A DNA stretch of 64,000 bases. It comes from a virus. Where the stretch lies: positions 12,885 to 76,884 of the IMG/VR virus record IMGVR_UViG_3300025617_001208. One strand, written 5' to 3'. The position numbers were made by a program, and so were the translations under genes. This document shows, one piece after another, positions 1 to 9,425 of this stretch; position 1 is the first letter of the stretch; every line of letters begins with the position of its first letter. The notes under the pieces are model-generated. The model was given only the letters and a program-made list of their open reading frames with translations. It was not told the origin of the DNA and made no database searches.

Positions 1-240
1 ATGCTCGCAGCCCCAGCCATCGCTTGGCCAATTTCCTTTGAGCATTTTTTCTCTATGTTCTACCCACTTAGGTTCATTGTGAAAATCAAAATTCTCACCT
101 ATCGGAGACATGCCATTTCTATGACAACTACTACTAGTATTATCCCACAAACTTAATGTAACCTGACTCCATTTAAGTAAACAAGCCTTATTGCCTTGAG
201 CCGGAAACCAATCTGGATTTTTCCATTCTTTTTTACTCAT
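1..240 (-). CDS. N-terminal twitch-domain radical SAM protein (5' part only; runs off the window edge)
   Basis: Not in the ORF track. Manual translation from ATG 240: MSKKEWKNPDWFPAQGNKACLLKWSQVTLSLWDNTSSSCHRNG...FHNEPKWVEHREKMLKGNWPSDGWGCEH. This is the same C..KW / SCH / R..ML.G...GC pattern as the N-terminus of 25434..26807. ATGA overlap with the stop of 237..1403. Confidence 0.8.
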   Translation of the reverse strand, partial: MSKKEWKNPDWFPAQGNKACLLKWSQVTLSLWDNTSSSCHRNGMSPIGENFDFHNEPKWVEHREKMLKGNWPSDGWGCEH

Positions 241-1403
241 ATATACTCTCTTAACTTTAATAGTTTTTCATCTTTTTTCTGTGCAGCAATTTTAATAATC
301 CAATTATCTAATTCTAGATTATTTTGCTGTTGTGTTCCTATACGTGCTTGTAATTGTTCAAGCCATTTATATGTGTGATTGTACTGTCCTTGATCTAAAA
401 ACAAGTCTTTATTTTTACGTATTAATTTTAAACATTTTTTAACATGTTTTTTATAAGAGTTATCTAATCGACTTGGGTCAAGTTCGTTTGGCCAATTTAC
501 CCAGTTTCCAAAAATTGCCAGTTTGGTATTTGTTTTTCGTAGTTCAGTAATAGTCCAATCAAAATAATCATACATATGCCTAACTGTAAAAATATTAGGA
601 GTAGGTGCAAGAGTAACATTTACTAATCTTGGATGATTGATATAATCTATAAAATTATTTTGAAAACGTTTCCAATCTAATCCGTATCTCACCGATTCTG
701 CTACAATTCCAGTTGCCTCGTTGCTTATTCCTAAACTTATTCCCCATTTCTCAGGCAAACTATCAAATAAATCAAGTAGTTTTTTTTGATTTTTAGCTGT
801 TGCATTACCGTTAGTGAGTACACTAAAATTTATTCTACTATCGTAAATAGATTCTTTTTGTAATATAAGTTGCATAAACTTATAAAAGTTTTTGCTGTAA
901 CTTATTTCTCCTCCTAAGAAACTTAAAGGTATAAATTCTTGTTTTAATGCTACAGATTCAAACCAGTTAATAAATGTTTGCATGTGTTCTTCATTAGGAA
1001 CATTCATTACATGCTTGTGGCCCAGCTCTTGTGCAATACGACTACTACTAGTTGCATCACAGTATACACATGCCATATCACAAATATTATCAAGTGTAAT
1101 TTCTATGTTGTTGATATTTGTGTTTATACTACTGTTATCAACCCATTTGTTTTTAAAATCTCTATATGCAGTTCCGGTTTCTTTGTAACTATTCCAACAA
1201 AACTTACAAGCAGGATTTTCTACCCCGGACATTAAGTCTTTCCTAAGAGATTGTATGTGTGTGCTATTGTTAAAAAAGTCTATTGTAACATTCTCAGGAA
1301 ATGGTTCACGCTCACTTTTACAACAATGACTTAAAGTCTTTGCACCAAAGTCTACGTTTATATCATACCATGCAGCACTGCACAATGTTTTATTTAATGC
1401 CAT
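237..1403 (-). CDS. radical SAM protein with N-terminal twitch (half-SPASM) domain
   Basis: CxxxCxxC motif CDMACVYC and LGGE motif; N-terminal C..AW...HCC...CKFCW auxiliary-cluster cysteines. Confidence 0.9.
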   Translation of the reverse strand: MALNKTLCSAAWYDINVDFGAKTLSHCCKSEREPFPENVTIDFFNNSTHIQSLRKDLMSGVENPACKFCWNSYKETGTAYRDFKNKWVDNSSINTNINNIEITLDNICDMACVYCDATSSSRIAQELGHKHVMNVPNEEHMQTFINWFESVALKQEFIPLSFLGGEISYSKNFYKFMQLILQKESIYDSRINFSVLTNGNATAKNQKKLLDLFDSLPEKWGISLGISNEATGIVAESVRYGLDWKRFQNNFIDYINHPRLVNVTLAPTPNIFTVRHMYDYFDWTITELRKTNTKLAIFGNWVNWPNELDPSRLDNSYKKHVKKCLKLIRKNKDLFLDQGQYNHTYKWLEQLQARIGTQQQNNLELDNWIIKIAAQKKDEKLLKLREYI

Positions 1404-2380
1404 ATTATGTATGACCCTATATTTTCTTGATTTGATTTGTGATAACTATTATCAGCAGGAATATCTTTTTGATCTTGTATCCTTGGATCAAAATAACTTG
1501 TTGCATCTTCGTCTTTATAACCTAACCCTAATAGTACTTGTACTTTATGCCCTGGACGGCCTAACGATTCGCTTATGTTAGTAGGTTCTTGTATACATGC
1601 ACAATATCCAGTACTTAAACCTCTAGCTTGTGCATTCCATATAATAAAACTGCTTGCAATACCTATTTCTATCATCGATTCCTGCACAGCATTATCATCT
1701 GGATTGTGCGAAATACGAGGAGTAAATGCAAACAAATACGGTGCAAGAACCTGAGGATTTCCAAAATCTGTTTTTGCATCGTGTTTAGGTTCTCTCCAGC
1801 ACCATTCAAATATATCATGACGTAAATCTTTATTTTTCCAATCTAGTACATCTAAATAATAAGGTGCCCTGTTCTGTTTACTTGGAGCATACATATGCAA
1901 ATCTAATAAAATGTCTTCTACTGTCTCTTGAGATACTTTTTTATTACTCCAGGTAAATGTTGTCTTACGTTCCTTTATTAAATCACTAAAGTTTCTAGTA
2001 TAATTTGCTTCTTCAAGTTTTACAAAATTATCTTTTAGTAATTGCATTGCTTCTATCATAATTTCAACATCTGTTCTATGATGTTTTAGTAGCTTGTATA
2101 ATTCGCCTTCGATATAGGCATAGGTAGCCAGTTCTACTTTGTGATCATATAATACTAACTTTTTATTTTTTACAAATTTATGAGAAATCTCTTTAATACA
2201 ATTTGCATCTTCGTGCAAAATACATCTAGCAAGTCCCCACAAAATATATTTTAAATCACGTTTGCATCTATAATGATCTCTAGTTCGCTGCATTGGAAAT
2301 TTTGTCTTTACAAAATTCATTCCCCATTCAGAGATTTCATCTATTCGTTTGTGTAATATATGGTAACCAACTAAGCTCAT
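1394..2380 (-). CDS. nitroreductase-family flavoprotein with N-terminal globin/phycobiliprotein-like helical domain
   Basis: The C-terminal ~200 aa carry nitroreductase motifs (IKERKT, APSKQN, EIGIAS...AQARGLSTGYCAC, LLGLGY). The N-terminus contains CKRDLKYIL. GGAG RBS upstream. Confidence 0.8.
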   Translation of the reverse strand: MSLVGYHILHKRIDEISEWGMNFVKTKFPMQRTRDHYRCKRDLKYILWGLARCILHEDANCIKEISHKFVKNKKLVLYDHKVELATYAYIEGELYKLLKHHRTDVEIMIEAMQLLKDNFVKLEEANYTRNFSDLIKERKTTFTWSNKKVSQETVEDILLDLHMYAPSKQNRAPYYLDVLDWKNKDLRHDIFEWCWREPKHDAKTDFGNPQVLAPYLFAFTPRISHNPDDNAVQESMIEIGIASSFIIWNAQARGLSTGYCACIQEPTNISESLGRPGHKVQVLLGLGYKDEDATSYFDPRIQDQKDIPADNSYHKSNQENIGSYIIWH

Positions 2381-2398
2381 ATTTTTATATCTCCAAAG

Positions 2399-2414
2399 TA
2401 TTTAGCACTAAATA
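2399..2414. promoter_or_regulatory. back-to-back T4-type late promoter cores (TATTTA-gcac-TAAATA)
   Basis: Inverted TAAATA pair in the 63-bp gap between divergent genes 2380(-) and 2444(+). Confidence 0.6.
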
Positions 2415-2443
2415 TACGCATATAATGAAGAAAAGGATTCGAC

Positions 2444-3178
2444 ATGTATACAGTTACAGAATGGGGTGTAAGCAACGAACCACCTGAAATATTTGCAGAT
2501 AGAAATAAGTATCCAGCAAAGCCAAAATACCCACAAGATTTAAAAAGCTCACGTGATATACACATGAGTGACCAATTAGATTATTTGCCTATTGTAGGAT
2601 TTGAAGATGCCGAATGGGAGAAGATGTTACAAGAAGCAAAAAATTTAGAAAAACATTATGTTCCGCATAGACATCACGAAAGTCATAGTGGCTGGAGTAG
2701 TTTATGCATACATGGGTTAAGCAGTGTACATACCGAATCTCATCATACATACGGATATACAGATAGAAAGGACGCTCCTTACAAATGGACCGATGTTGCA
2801 GACTGGTGTCCTACAATAAGAGATTTTTTTGAAAACCGGTTTGATTACAATCAATATGACAGAATACGTATTATGAAACTATCTCCAGGAGGATGGATTA
2901 TACCACATAGAGATAGTGTAACACTTGACGAAAATCATATAGGTCCTACTAATATTGCATTAAACAACCCAGAAGACTGTCACTTTTATATGGATAACAT
3001 TGGATATTTGCCATGGGAACAAGGACGCATTATTAAATTAAATTTGTATAATTTGCATTGTGTATACAACTGGAGCAACGAAGATAGATATCATATTATT
3101 GCTCACGGCAGACTAGGAGACGGCTGGAACAAACGTATTGAAGATAGTTATCATCACTGGAGAAAAATTTATGTATAA
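2444..3178 (+). CDS. aspartyl/asparaginyl beta-hydroxylase-like Fe(II)/2OG oxygenase
   Basis: RIRIMKLSPGGWIIPHRD (HxD) ... HCVYNWSNEDRYHII (distal His plus 2OG-binding Arg). Confidence 0.85.
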   Translation: MYTVTEWGVSNEPPEIFADRNKYPAKPKYPQDLKSSRDIHMSDQLDYLPIVGFEDAEWEKMLQEAKNLEKHYVPHRHHESHSGWSSLCIHGLSSVHTESHHTYGYTDRKDAPYKWTDVADWCPTIRDFFENRFDYNQYDRIRIMKLSPGGWIIPHRDSVTLDENHIGPTNIALNNPEDCHFYMDNIGYLPWEQGRIIKLNLYNLHCVYNWSNEDRYHIIAHGRLGDGWNKRIEDSYHHWRKIYV

Positions 3179-4460
3179 CATACAACATGCCGTTGTTGTA
3201 CCAAAAAATGTAAAAGAAAACATTAATCGAGATTTATATCAAAGTTGGATGTTGTATTATCAACGTGGACACTATGTAAAACAAAGCGTTGAACAGCATC
3301 CATTTGTGTGGGCAGAAACAGTTGACGATATATTATCAATTGTTTCTCCTAAAAAAACTGAATATTTAATTGTAACTTGGTTTGGGATATATAATCACGA
3401 CTTTTGGAATGTTCATACACTGTGTATAAAAGACATACAAGATCAAAAAACAGAGTGGAACGTATTGCACAGCAATAACACACCAACAATACAAATTGTT
3501 AATTTAAAAAGATGGAGAGAACAAGGCCAGCCGGCATTTGCAGATTACATAAAAACAAATAGTAAAAAAATTAATCCTGCTATTTCTACAAGTTTACTAG
3601 ATTCCGAAGCAACACAAAATCCACAAGCATGGAGCGACGAATTAAATCATTTTACCAAACTACCTATTATCAATACAAATCTTACTGAGCTACTTGTTAA
3701 ACTTCTTACAACACGAAATCCAAGGCATGCTAACAACCACGACAAGGGTGTGTTTTTCTTATATAATACAGAAGCTATATGTACGGATAAACAACGTCTA
3801 AGGGCGGTACAGGGCGCTATAAACACGGTTATAGGCCCTTGTAGTATGTTTAAAGCATTTATATTAGGTAGTAAATATATAGACAATGTTGATAACTATT
3901 TACACTTTGATATATTTGATCGTAATTTACAATGGAAAAAACTTATTACTGAAAATTGGGACGGTACTAAAAAAGGATTAACTAAAACACTATCACTTTG
4001 TGCAGATGAAGGAGATGGCGATTTTAGCTTTTGGAATAATAGCAATGAAAACATTATTGAAAAGCAGTGGAATGTACTATTAAACGAATTAGGAAGTAAG
4101 GAACAAATACTTAGAGCATGGAATATTTACAAAACAAAAAATCATGCATATGCATTAAGTAATATGTTGTTTGACGATAACGAAATTATAAACAAGTTAG
4201 AACAATTTAATATTACAGGAATATATCATGCAATAGGAGATATACCCGGTTTTAGAAGTAATGCATTACAGTTTGGATTACAACAAATAAATCAATTAAC
4301 TAAAAGTCATCTAACTAGAGTTGCTAAAATAAATAACAATCTTTATGCAGATATAAAAGTTCCTGCGTCAGATTTACAAAAGTTTAAAAAATACAACGAA
4401 ATCATTGACGATTTACAAAACGATTATAACGAATTTTCGTTCGAAGAGTATTCAGAATAA
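3171..4460 (+). CDS. hypothetical protein, paralog of 12165..13526
   Basis: 429-aa ORF; ATG 3171 overlaps the upstream stop (ATGTATAA). Shares FxxYNT[ED] and D...WDG motifs with 12165..13526. Confidence 0.75.
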   Translation: MYNIQHAVVVPKNVKENINRDLYQSWMLYYQRGHYVKQSVEQHPFVWAETVDDILSIVSPKKTEYLIVTWFGIYNHDFWNVHTLCIKDIQDQKTEWNVLHSNNTPTIQIVNLKRWREQGQPAFADYIKTNSKKINPAISTSLLDSEATQNPQAWSDELNHFTKLPIINTNLTELLVKLLTTRNPRHANNHDKGVFFLYNTEAICTDKQRLRAVQGAINTVIGPCSMFKAFILGSKYIDNVDNYLHFDIFDRNLQWKKLITENWDGTKKGLTKTLSLCADEGDGDFSFWNNSNENIIEKQWNVLLNELGSKEQILRAWNIYKTKNHAYALSNMLFDDNEIINKLEQFNITGIYHAIGDIPGFRSNALQFGLQQINQLTKSHLTRVAKINNNLYADIKVPASDLQKFKKYNEIIDDLQNDYNEFSFEEYSE

Positions 4461-5665
4461 TTATCAAACAAATTAGTGCCGTGATAGTTATCTAATGCGG
4501 CACTATAATCTAAAAATATCTGCCACTTATTGTTTCTATCTTCACTGTTCATATAATTTAGTGTATTAGTAGCAAATTTTTTAATTCTATCTAATTGTTT
4601 TTGAGGTTTTACCTTATTACTTACACTTTTTATATATTCTTCAGCTTCGTTATTGTACCATACCCAAAATTCTTCTGTAATTGAGTCCTTTAAATGCTGA
4701 GGTAATAGTTTAATGTTTAATGCTTCAGGATATTGTACTAAACTTGAATGAAAATATACATCCAAACTACAAAAATACTTTACAATATTGGTAAATCTAG
4801 TTATATTATATAAATTTACTGTGCAGGTTGCACTAATATCAGTATTTGTTAATGTACTATTTAAAATTTTAATATTTTCTTCTACTTTGTCTAAGTTTCC
4901 TGCGGCTCGTACATACTCATAGCAACTTGGATCGCCGTCTATACTTACACGCAACCATATTTCTTTAAAATTTTTCCATAAATCTAATACACTTTTACCT
5001 TTGTATTCTAAAATATTTAAATTTGTATTATAACTTAATCTAATATTTTTTGCATAAGGTTGCATATCTTCTAAGAATTTGTAATGTTTGTCATGATACA
5101 ACGGCTCGCCACCAGCAATCATTATTTCTTCTAAGTTTGGAGCAAGTTCATTTGCTATTTCGTCTACCATTTCTTGTGTTAAACTAACATGTTTAATATC
5201 TTTTCTGTATGTACCGTATTCTACCATTTTATCAAGTAGTGCCGAATCACGTTTTACAGCTTGTTCCCATACACTACTAAAGTCTGGACTACAATGTCTA
5301 CACATAAGATTACATATATTATCAAATCGTATTTCTACACTTCTAATATATTTTGTAGGAAAACTGTAATCACTTCCGACGTTTTCTTTAACAAACTTTT
5401 CGTTAACATAAGGAAAAGTTTGACTACATTGCTGTCTAGTACTAACACTACCACTTTTTTCCATATCCCAGCAACTACGACAACCGTTATTTTGTACTCC
5501 ATTTAACAAGTCATTTCTAACTTGTTTTACTTCATTACCGTTCCATATGTCTTGTAATTTTTGTGTACGATAATCACCAAGTTTGTCAGGAAATCTCCAA
5601 CAAGCACTAACTTTGCCTTCTTGTTTAATATTAAGATGTGTAAAAGGCATGGGACAAAATGTCAT
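4424..5665 (-). CDS. radical SAM protein with N-terminal twitch domain
   Basis: CNLMCRHC, AGGEP, YNTN, VSIDG; N-terminal FCPMPF...ACW...GCRSCW. Confidence 0.92.
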   Translation of the reverse strand: MTFCPMPFTHLNIKQEGKVSACWRFPDKLGDYRTQKLQDIWNGNEVKQVRNDLLNGVQNNGCRSCWDMEKSGSVSTRQQCSQTFPYVNEKFVKENVGSDYSFPTKYIRSVEIRFDNICNLMCRHCSPDFSSVWEQAVKRDSALLDKMVEYGTYRKDIKHVSLTQEMVDEIANELAPNLEEIMIAGGEPLYHDKHYKFLEDMQPYAKNIRLSYNTNLNILEYKGKSVLDLWKNFKEIWLRVSIDGDPSCYEYVRAAGNLDKVEENIKILNSTLTNTDISATCTVNLYNITRFTNIVKYFCSLDVYFHSSLVQYPEALNIKLLPQHLKDSITEEFWVWYNNEAEEYIKSVSNKVKPQKQLDRIKKFATNTLNYMNSEDRNNKWQIFLDYSAALDNYHGTNLFDNYSEYSSNENSL

Positions 5666-7026
5666 TGTATTTTTCCTTTATAATCTACGTAATCCTTTAT
5701 TTGTTCCCAAAGCTCGGGCAAAGATTCTTGTATTTTTTGATTGCGCAGTTTATCAACATCGGCACTATATTCAACAAAGTCTTGTAAACTATTATTTGTA
5801 TTTTTTGAAAAACTACTTATAATATGTTTAATCATGTATCTAAAACGTACAAATATTTCATACTCGTCTAGATTATCAACACGTTTAGAATGCTTTTTAA
5901 TAATTTCTTCTAGCTGATCAATAACTTCTTGCTTTTGCGGTAACATTGTACTTGTTAAATAATTAGGTGTTTGCAACATTGTAGGACTAAATCTTGCTAT
6001 TTCATATATGTAACTAATGTCTGTACCGTGTTTGTTTTTGCGAATATACTTAGAATATAAATCATTGTCTACAATAAATTTTTTACCGTATAATTCTTCT
6101 TGTAAATTTTCCCACCAGTTCCACATTTTTGGTAATTGTAAAATATTATACAAACTAATAGTTGGAGAAAATACAATATCAAAGTTTTTATATTCTTTTG
6201 CTAAACTTAGCCATTTTTTAGCACTTTCTTCAACAGTATGCCATTTACTCGGATAACGTATATAATCATTAACTTCATCTAATCCGTCAATACTTAAATA
6301 AATTTGTACTAACCCAAATTGTTTTAACCTATCAATTATTTTTGACTTAGGAACCCAACTACAATTAGTATATATTTGTAGCATAATATTATCTGTATGT
6401 CCACTTTCAATAACCTTGTCTATAAAAGGAATAAATGTAGGAACAATCATAGGCTCGCCGCCGGTCATTTTTATTAACTGTGTTTCTTTAAAATCATCCG
6501 CAGTAAAGTTCAAATCTAACACTTGCGGACGTTTACTAAAATCAAACCTATCTTTGTAATGTTCTGCTAATACTTTGTCATCTGCATCCCACGTTGTACT
6601 TAAATCACTACTACACATTCTACATGCAAGATTGCAGTATCTACCTGTTGTTAGTTCTAAGTATTTAAAACTGAGCTGTTGATTAACATCGATAGGCCTA
6701 AATTCGTTTTGCTCATTCCATGCATTATTAGCATTAAACCTCATACTAAATTTGTCGCCGGCGTCTTCTTTGTCGCACTTGTAACACCCAGGAATTGTTT
6801 TTCCTTTAAGCATATCGGTACGTAAGTCATTCCAAAAATCACTTTCCATTATTTCTTTAAATGATTTTTCTTTTACATTATACTGAGACATTATAGGATT
6901 GCCTTTTTCGTCTCTGTATGCTTCATTCATATGATCAAACCGACAACAAGGCTTTGCTTGCCCATTGGGTTTTAGTTGCATGTGTATCCATGGATATATG
7001 CAAAAACTATTTTTTACTACTGTCAT
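5662..7026 (-). CDS. radical SAM protein with N-terminal twitch domain
   Basis: CNLACRMC, TGGEP, LSIDG, YIRYP; N-terminal FCIYPW...PCC...GCYKC. Confidence 0.92.
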   Translation of the reverse strand: MTVVKNSFCIYPWIHMQLKPNGQAKPCCRFDHMNEAYRDEKGNPIMSQYNVKEKSFKEIMESDFWNDLRTDMLKGKTIPGCYKCDKEDAGDKFSMRFNANNAWNEQNEFRPIDVNQQLSFKYLELTTGRYCNLACRMCSSDLSTTWDADDKVLAEHYKDRFDFSKRPQVLDLNFTADDFKETQLIKMTGGEPMIVPTFIPFIDKVIESGHTDNIMLQIYTNCSWVPKSKIIDRLKQFGLVQIYLSIDGLDEVNDYIRYPSKWHTVEESAKKWLSLAKEYKNFDIVFSPTISLYNILQLPKMWNWWENLQEELYGKKFIVDNDLYSKYIRKNKHGTDISYIYEIARFSPTMLQTPNYLTSTMLPQKQEVIDQLEEIIKKHSKRVDNLDEYEIFVRFRYMIKHIISSFSKNTNNSLQDFVEYSADVDKLRNQKIQESLPELWEQIKDYVDYKGKIQ

Positions 7027-8047
7027 TTACATAAACCGTTTTATTTTGAAATTTTTTGCCACATGTTCTTGCACAAGTTAATAATTTTCCTTCAGCAATA
7101 CTTTTTAGTTTAAAGCGTCTTTCTATATCATATAAATTTTCAATTGCTTGTTCAGGAGTTACTTTATGCAAATCAACTCCGTTCATATCAAACTCTTGAT
7201 TAAATTGAAATGCTCCGGGGCTATCATGATGTAATGTTCCTAAGAAACAACAAGGCATTAAGTGACCTGTATGTGCTAAAAATAATTCTTTCCAATCTTG
7301 TATTTGACATTCAATTTCTACATTGTCAAATGGAGTAGGCTTTTTGTAATCAAATTTAAAAGTTGCAGGACCAGGAACATGATTTTGTTCGCCTACATTT
7401 GGGTGCCTATATTCTTTAGTTTCAGGCGGTTCTAAATCATAAAGCCTATTTCCATCTTCCATTACTGCCCAGTTCTTATGTCCTCTAAACTTTTGTGTAA
7501 CTTTAAGTCTAAAATCCATGCCTAAATTTGCAGCTAATTCTTTTGCTTCTTCAACTTGATGCTCATTGTGTTTAAAAACAATAAACGTCCATGCACCGTT
7601 TCCGCCTGCTTCTTGAAATGCCTTTACATTGTTCCAGACCTTATCCCAAACAACTCCTCTTCTATAAAGATGATTAGTATCTTCAAGTCCGTCGATAGCA
7701 AAGTGTACTCTTGTGTTCATCGAACCAAGTTCTGCCCACCATTTTTTACTACGATATCCTGCATTAGTATCAATAGCAACATCAACATTGTGTTTTTTAA
7801 ACCATTTAACATAGTTAACTAAACTTTTGTTTAAACAAGGATCGCCATAGACACCACTAAAATAAACATGATCTAAATTTTTAGTGCGATTTTCAGTAAA
7901 AAATTTAAAAAACATCTCGTCTTCTAAATCCATAGTATTTAAACCTGGTTGTAAATATCCATCTGTTGTAAATCTACTGCACATTGGACATTTGCTATTA
8001 CATCTACCGCTGGCTTCTATATGTACACGTTTTAGATCAGGGACCAT
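7007..8047 (-). CDS. radical SAM protein with C-terminal twitch/SPASM domain
   Basis: N-terminal CNSKCPMC, SGVYGDP, FAIDG; C-terminal C...PCCF...CARTC. Confidence 0.92.
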   Translation of the reverse strand: MVPDLKRVHIEASGRCNSKCPMCSRFTTDGYLQPGLNTMDLEDEMFFKFFTENRTKNLDHVYFSGVYGDPCLNKSLVNYVKWFKKHNVDVAIDTNAGYRSKKWWAELGSMNTRVHFAIDGLEDTNHLYRRGVVWDKVWNNVKAFQEAGGNGAWTFIVFKHNEHQVEEAKELAANLGMDFRLKVTQKFRGHKNWAVMEDGNRLYDLEPPETKEYRHPNVGEQNHVPGPATFKFDYKKPTPFDNVEIECQIQDWKELFLAHTGHLMPCCFLGTLHHDSPGAFQFNQEFDMNGVDLHKVTPEQAIENLYDIERRFKLKSIAEGKLLTCARTCGKKFQNKTVYVNDSSKK

Positions 8048-8871
8048 TAAATTTTCCTTGTAGTCATTAGGCTTAAGCCTGCTTTCATTGTAACATTATA
8101 TTTTGGAAAATCCATACCGCTATGTGCCTGACATCTATCAAAAGCAATAATACTGCCTCTGTCCCAATTATACATTGCTTCAAAATCAAAACCTTCTAGC
8201 CAACGTGCAGGAAAATGGCTTAAATATTTTTCTCTTACTTCTGGATCAAACGGTTTATTCCAATTAACATCTTTAACTGTTCCGTCTTTGTTATAACAAG
8301 TCAATCCATCGTAATTACGTACCGTATAAAAAACATCTGTGTCGTATTTGTTATCACTTTTTGCAAAGTTAGTTCCAAATTTAATAAATCTGTTATCAAA
8401 TAAACAAGTACCCGCAGGAGGAATTTTATCAGTGCCTTTGTATGTTTTGTTTGTATGCCCAACCCATAAAGGAATAATGATTTGCCTGCCCGGTACAAGC
8501 CCCCTGTCCATTAAATACTCTGGACGACCTGTGTCAATATGTAAATTGTAAGGACTAGCAGTCATTACAAAATTGCCTTCCCACATACCTGTTTGTTCTA
8601 ATTCAGGAACATATTTTTTCCATTTATCAAAAAATTTGTCTTCGATGGCAGTATTGTCGCTAAAGAAATGTAATGTTCCTGTTTCCTTAACACGCATTTT
8701 GTTATAGCGTTTGAGCATATGCTCCTTTAACCATTCTAATTCATCTTCGTCCATTACATCTTGTACTTGAAAACTGTCAGTCCAGGTTTCTTTCCATGCG
8801 TTATGATATTCTTCTGCTACCTCAAAATCAATCTTGGTATCAGGATCGGTATCTAATTTTGCTATACTCAT
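8047..8871 (-). CDS. putative Fe(II)/2OG oxygenase-like protein
   Basis: LHIDT (HxD) ... WDRGSIIAFDRCQAHSG (distal His). Start placed at ATG 8871 (ATGA overlap); the ORF track extends to 8883. Confidence 0.6.
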   Translation of the reverse strand: MSIAKLDTDPDTKIDFEVAEEYHNAWKETWTDSFQVQDVMDEDELEWLKEHMLKRYNKMRVKETGTLHFFSDNTAIEDKFFDKWKKYVPELEQTGMWEGNFVMTASPYNLHIDTGRPEYLMDRGLVPGRQIIIPLWVGHTNKTYKGTDKIPPAGTCLFDNRFIKFGTNFAKSDNKYDTDVFYTVRNYDGLTCYNKDGTVKDVNWNKPFDPEVREKYLSHFPARWLEGFDFEAMYNWDRGSIIAFDRCQAHSGMDFPKYNVTMKAGLSLMTTRKI

Positions 8872-9425
8872 TGTTCGTTCCAATACTTATCTTGCATAGG
8901 ATCAATACTAATCTCATTTATTCCTATGTCTTTAGGCTGATCAACAATCCATTTGATATATTGTGCTGCCCTATCAATGTCTAAACATATTCGTTGTGGA
9001 TGCTTCATTGTATTATTACTTAGCGTTCCAAAACTTATGTAAGTAATTTTTGGACTTGTTCCCCATACTCCACTTATACCAAGTGTGTTACTATAATCAC
9101 GCAATGCTTTCTTTTCTGCATTATAACGCCATGCTTTTCCATTTTTTACACGATCGGTAGTGCTACCTATGTTTATAATATGCGGCCTATGTTTGTGTTC
9201 TACACATAATTTATAAACTTCATCTAATAAATTTGTTTGATGAAATTTAAATAATGCTGCACAATTTATAAAAACGTCATGTTCTAACACCAATTTTGCA
9301 ACACGAACTTGATCTTCTCTTAAACTTAAATCGTACCCAGTATTTCTACTACAAAACTGTGCATTAGGATAAATTTTTTCTAATGCGCCTGCAACACCAA
9401 CATCCTTGTTACCTGTAATAATCAT
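8868..9425 (-). CDS. short-chain dehydrogenase/reductase (SDR)
   Basis: IITG...GVAG Rossmann start, FINCA, IINIGS, catalytic YNAEK (YxxxK). Confidence 0.85.
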   Translation of the reverse strand: MIITGNKDVGVAGALEKIYPNAQFCSRNTGYDLSLREDQVRVAKLVLEHDVFINCAALFKFHQTNLLDEVYKLCVEHKHRPHIINIGSTTDRVKNGKAWRYNAEKKALRDYSNTLGISGVWGTSPKITYISFGTLSNNTMKHPQRICLDIDRAAQYIKWIVDQPKDIGINEISIDPMQDKYWNEQ

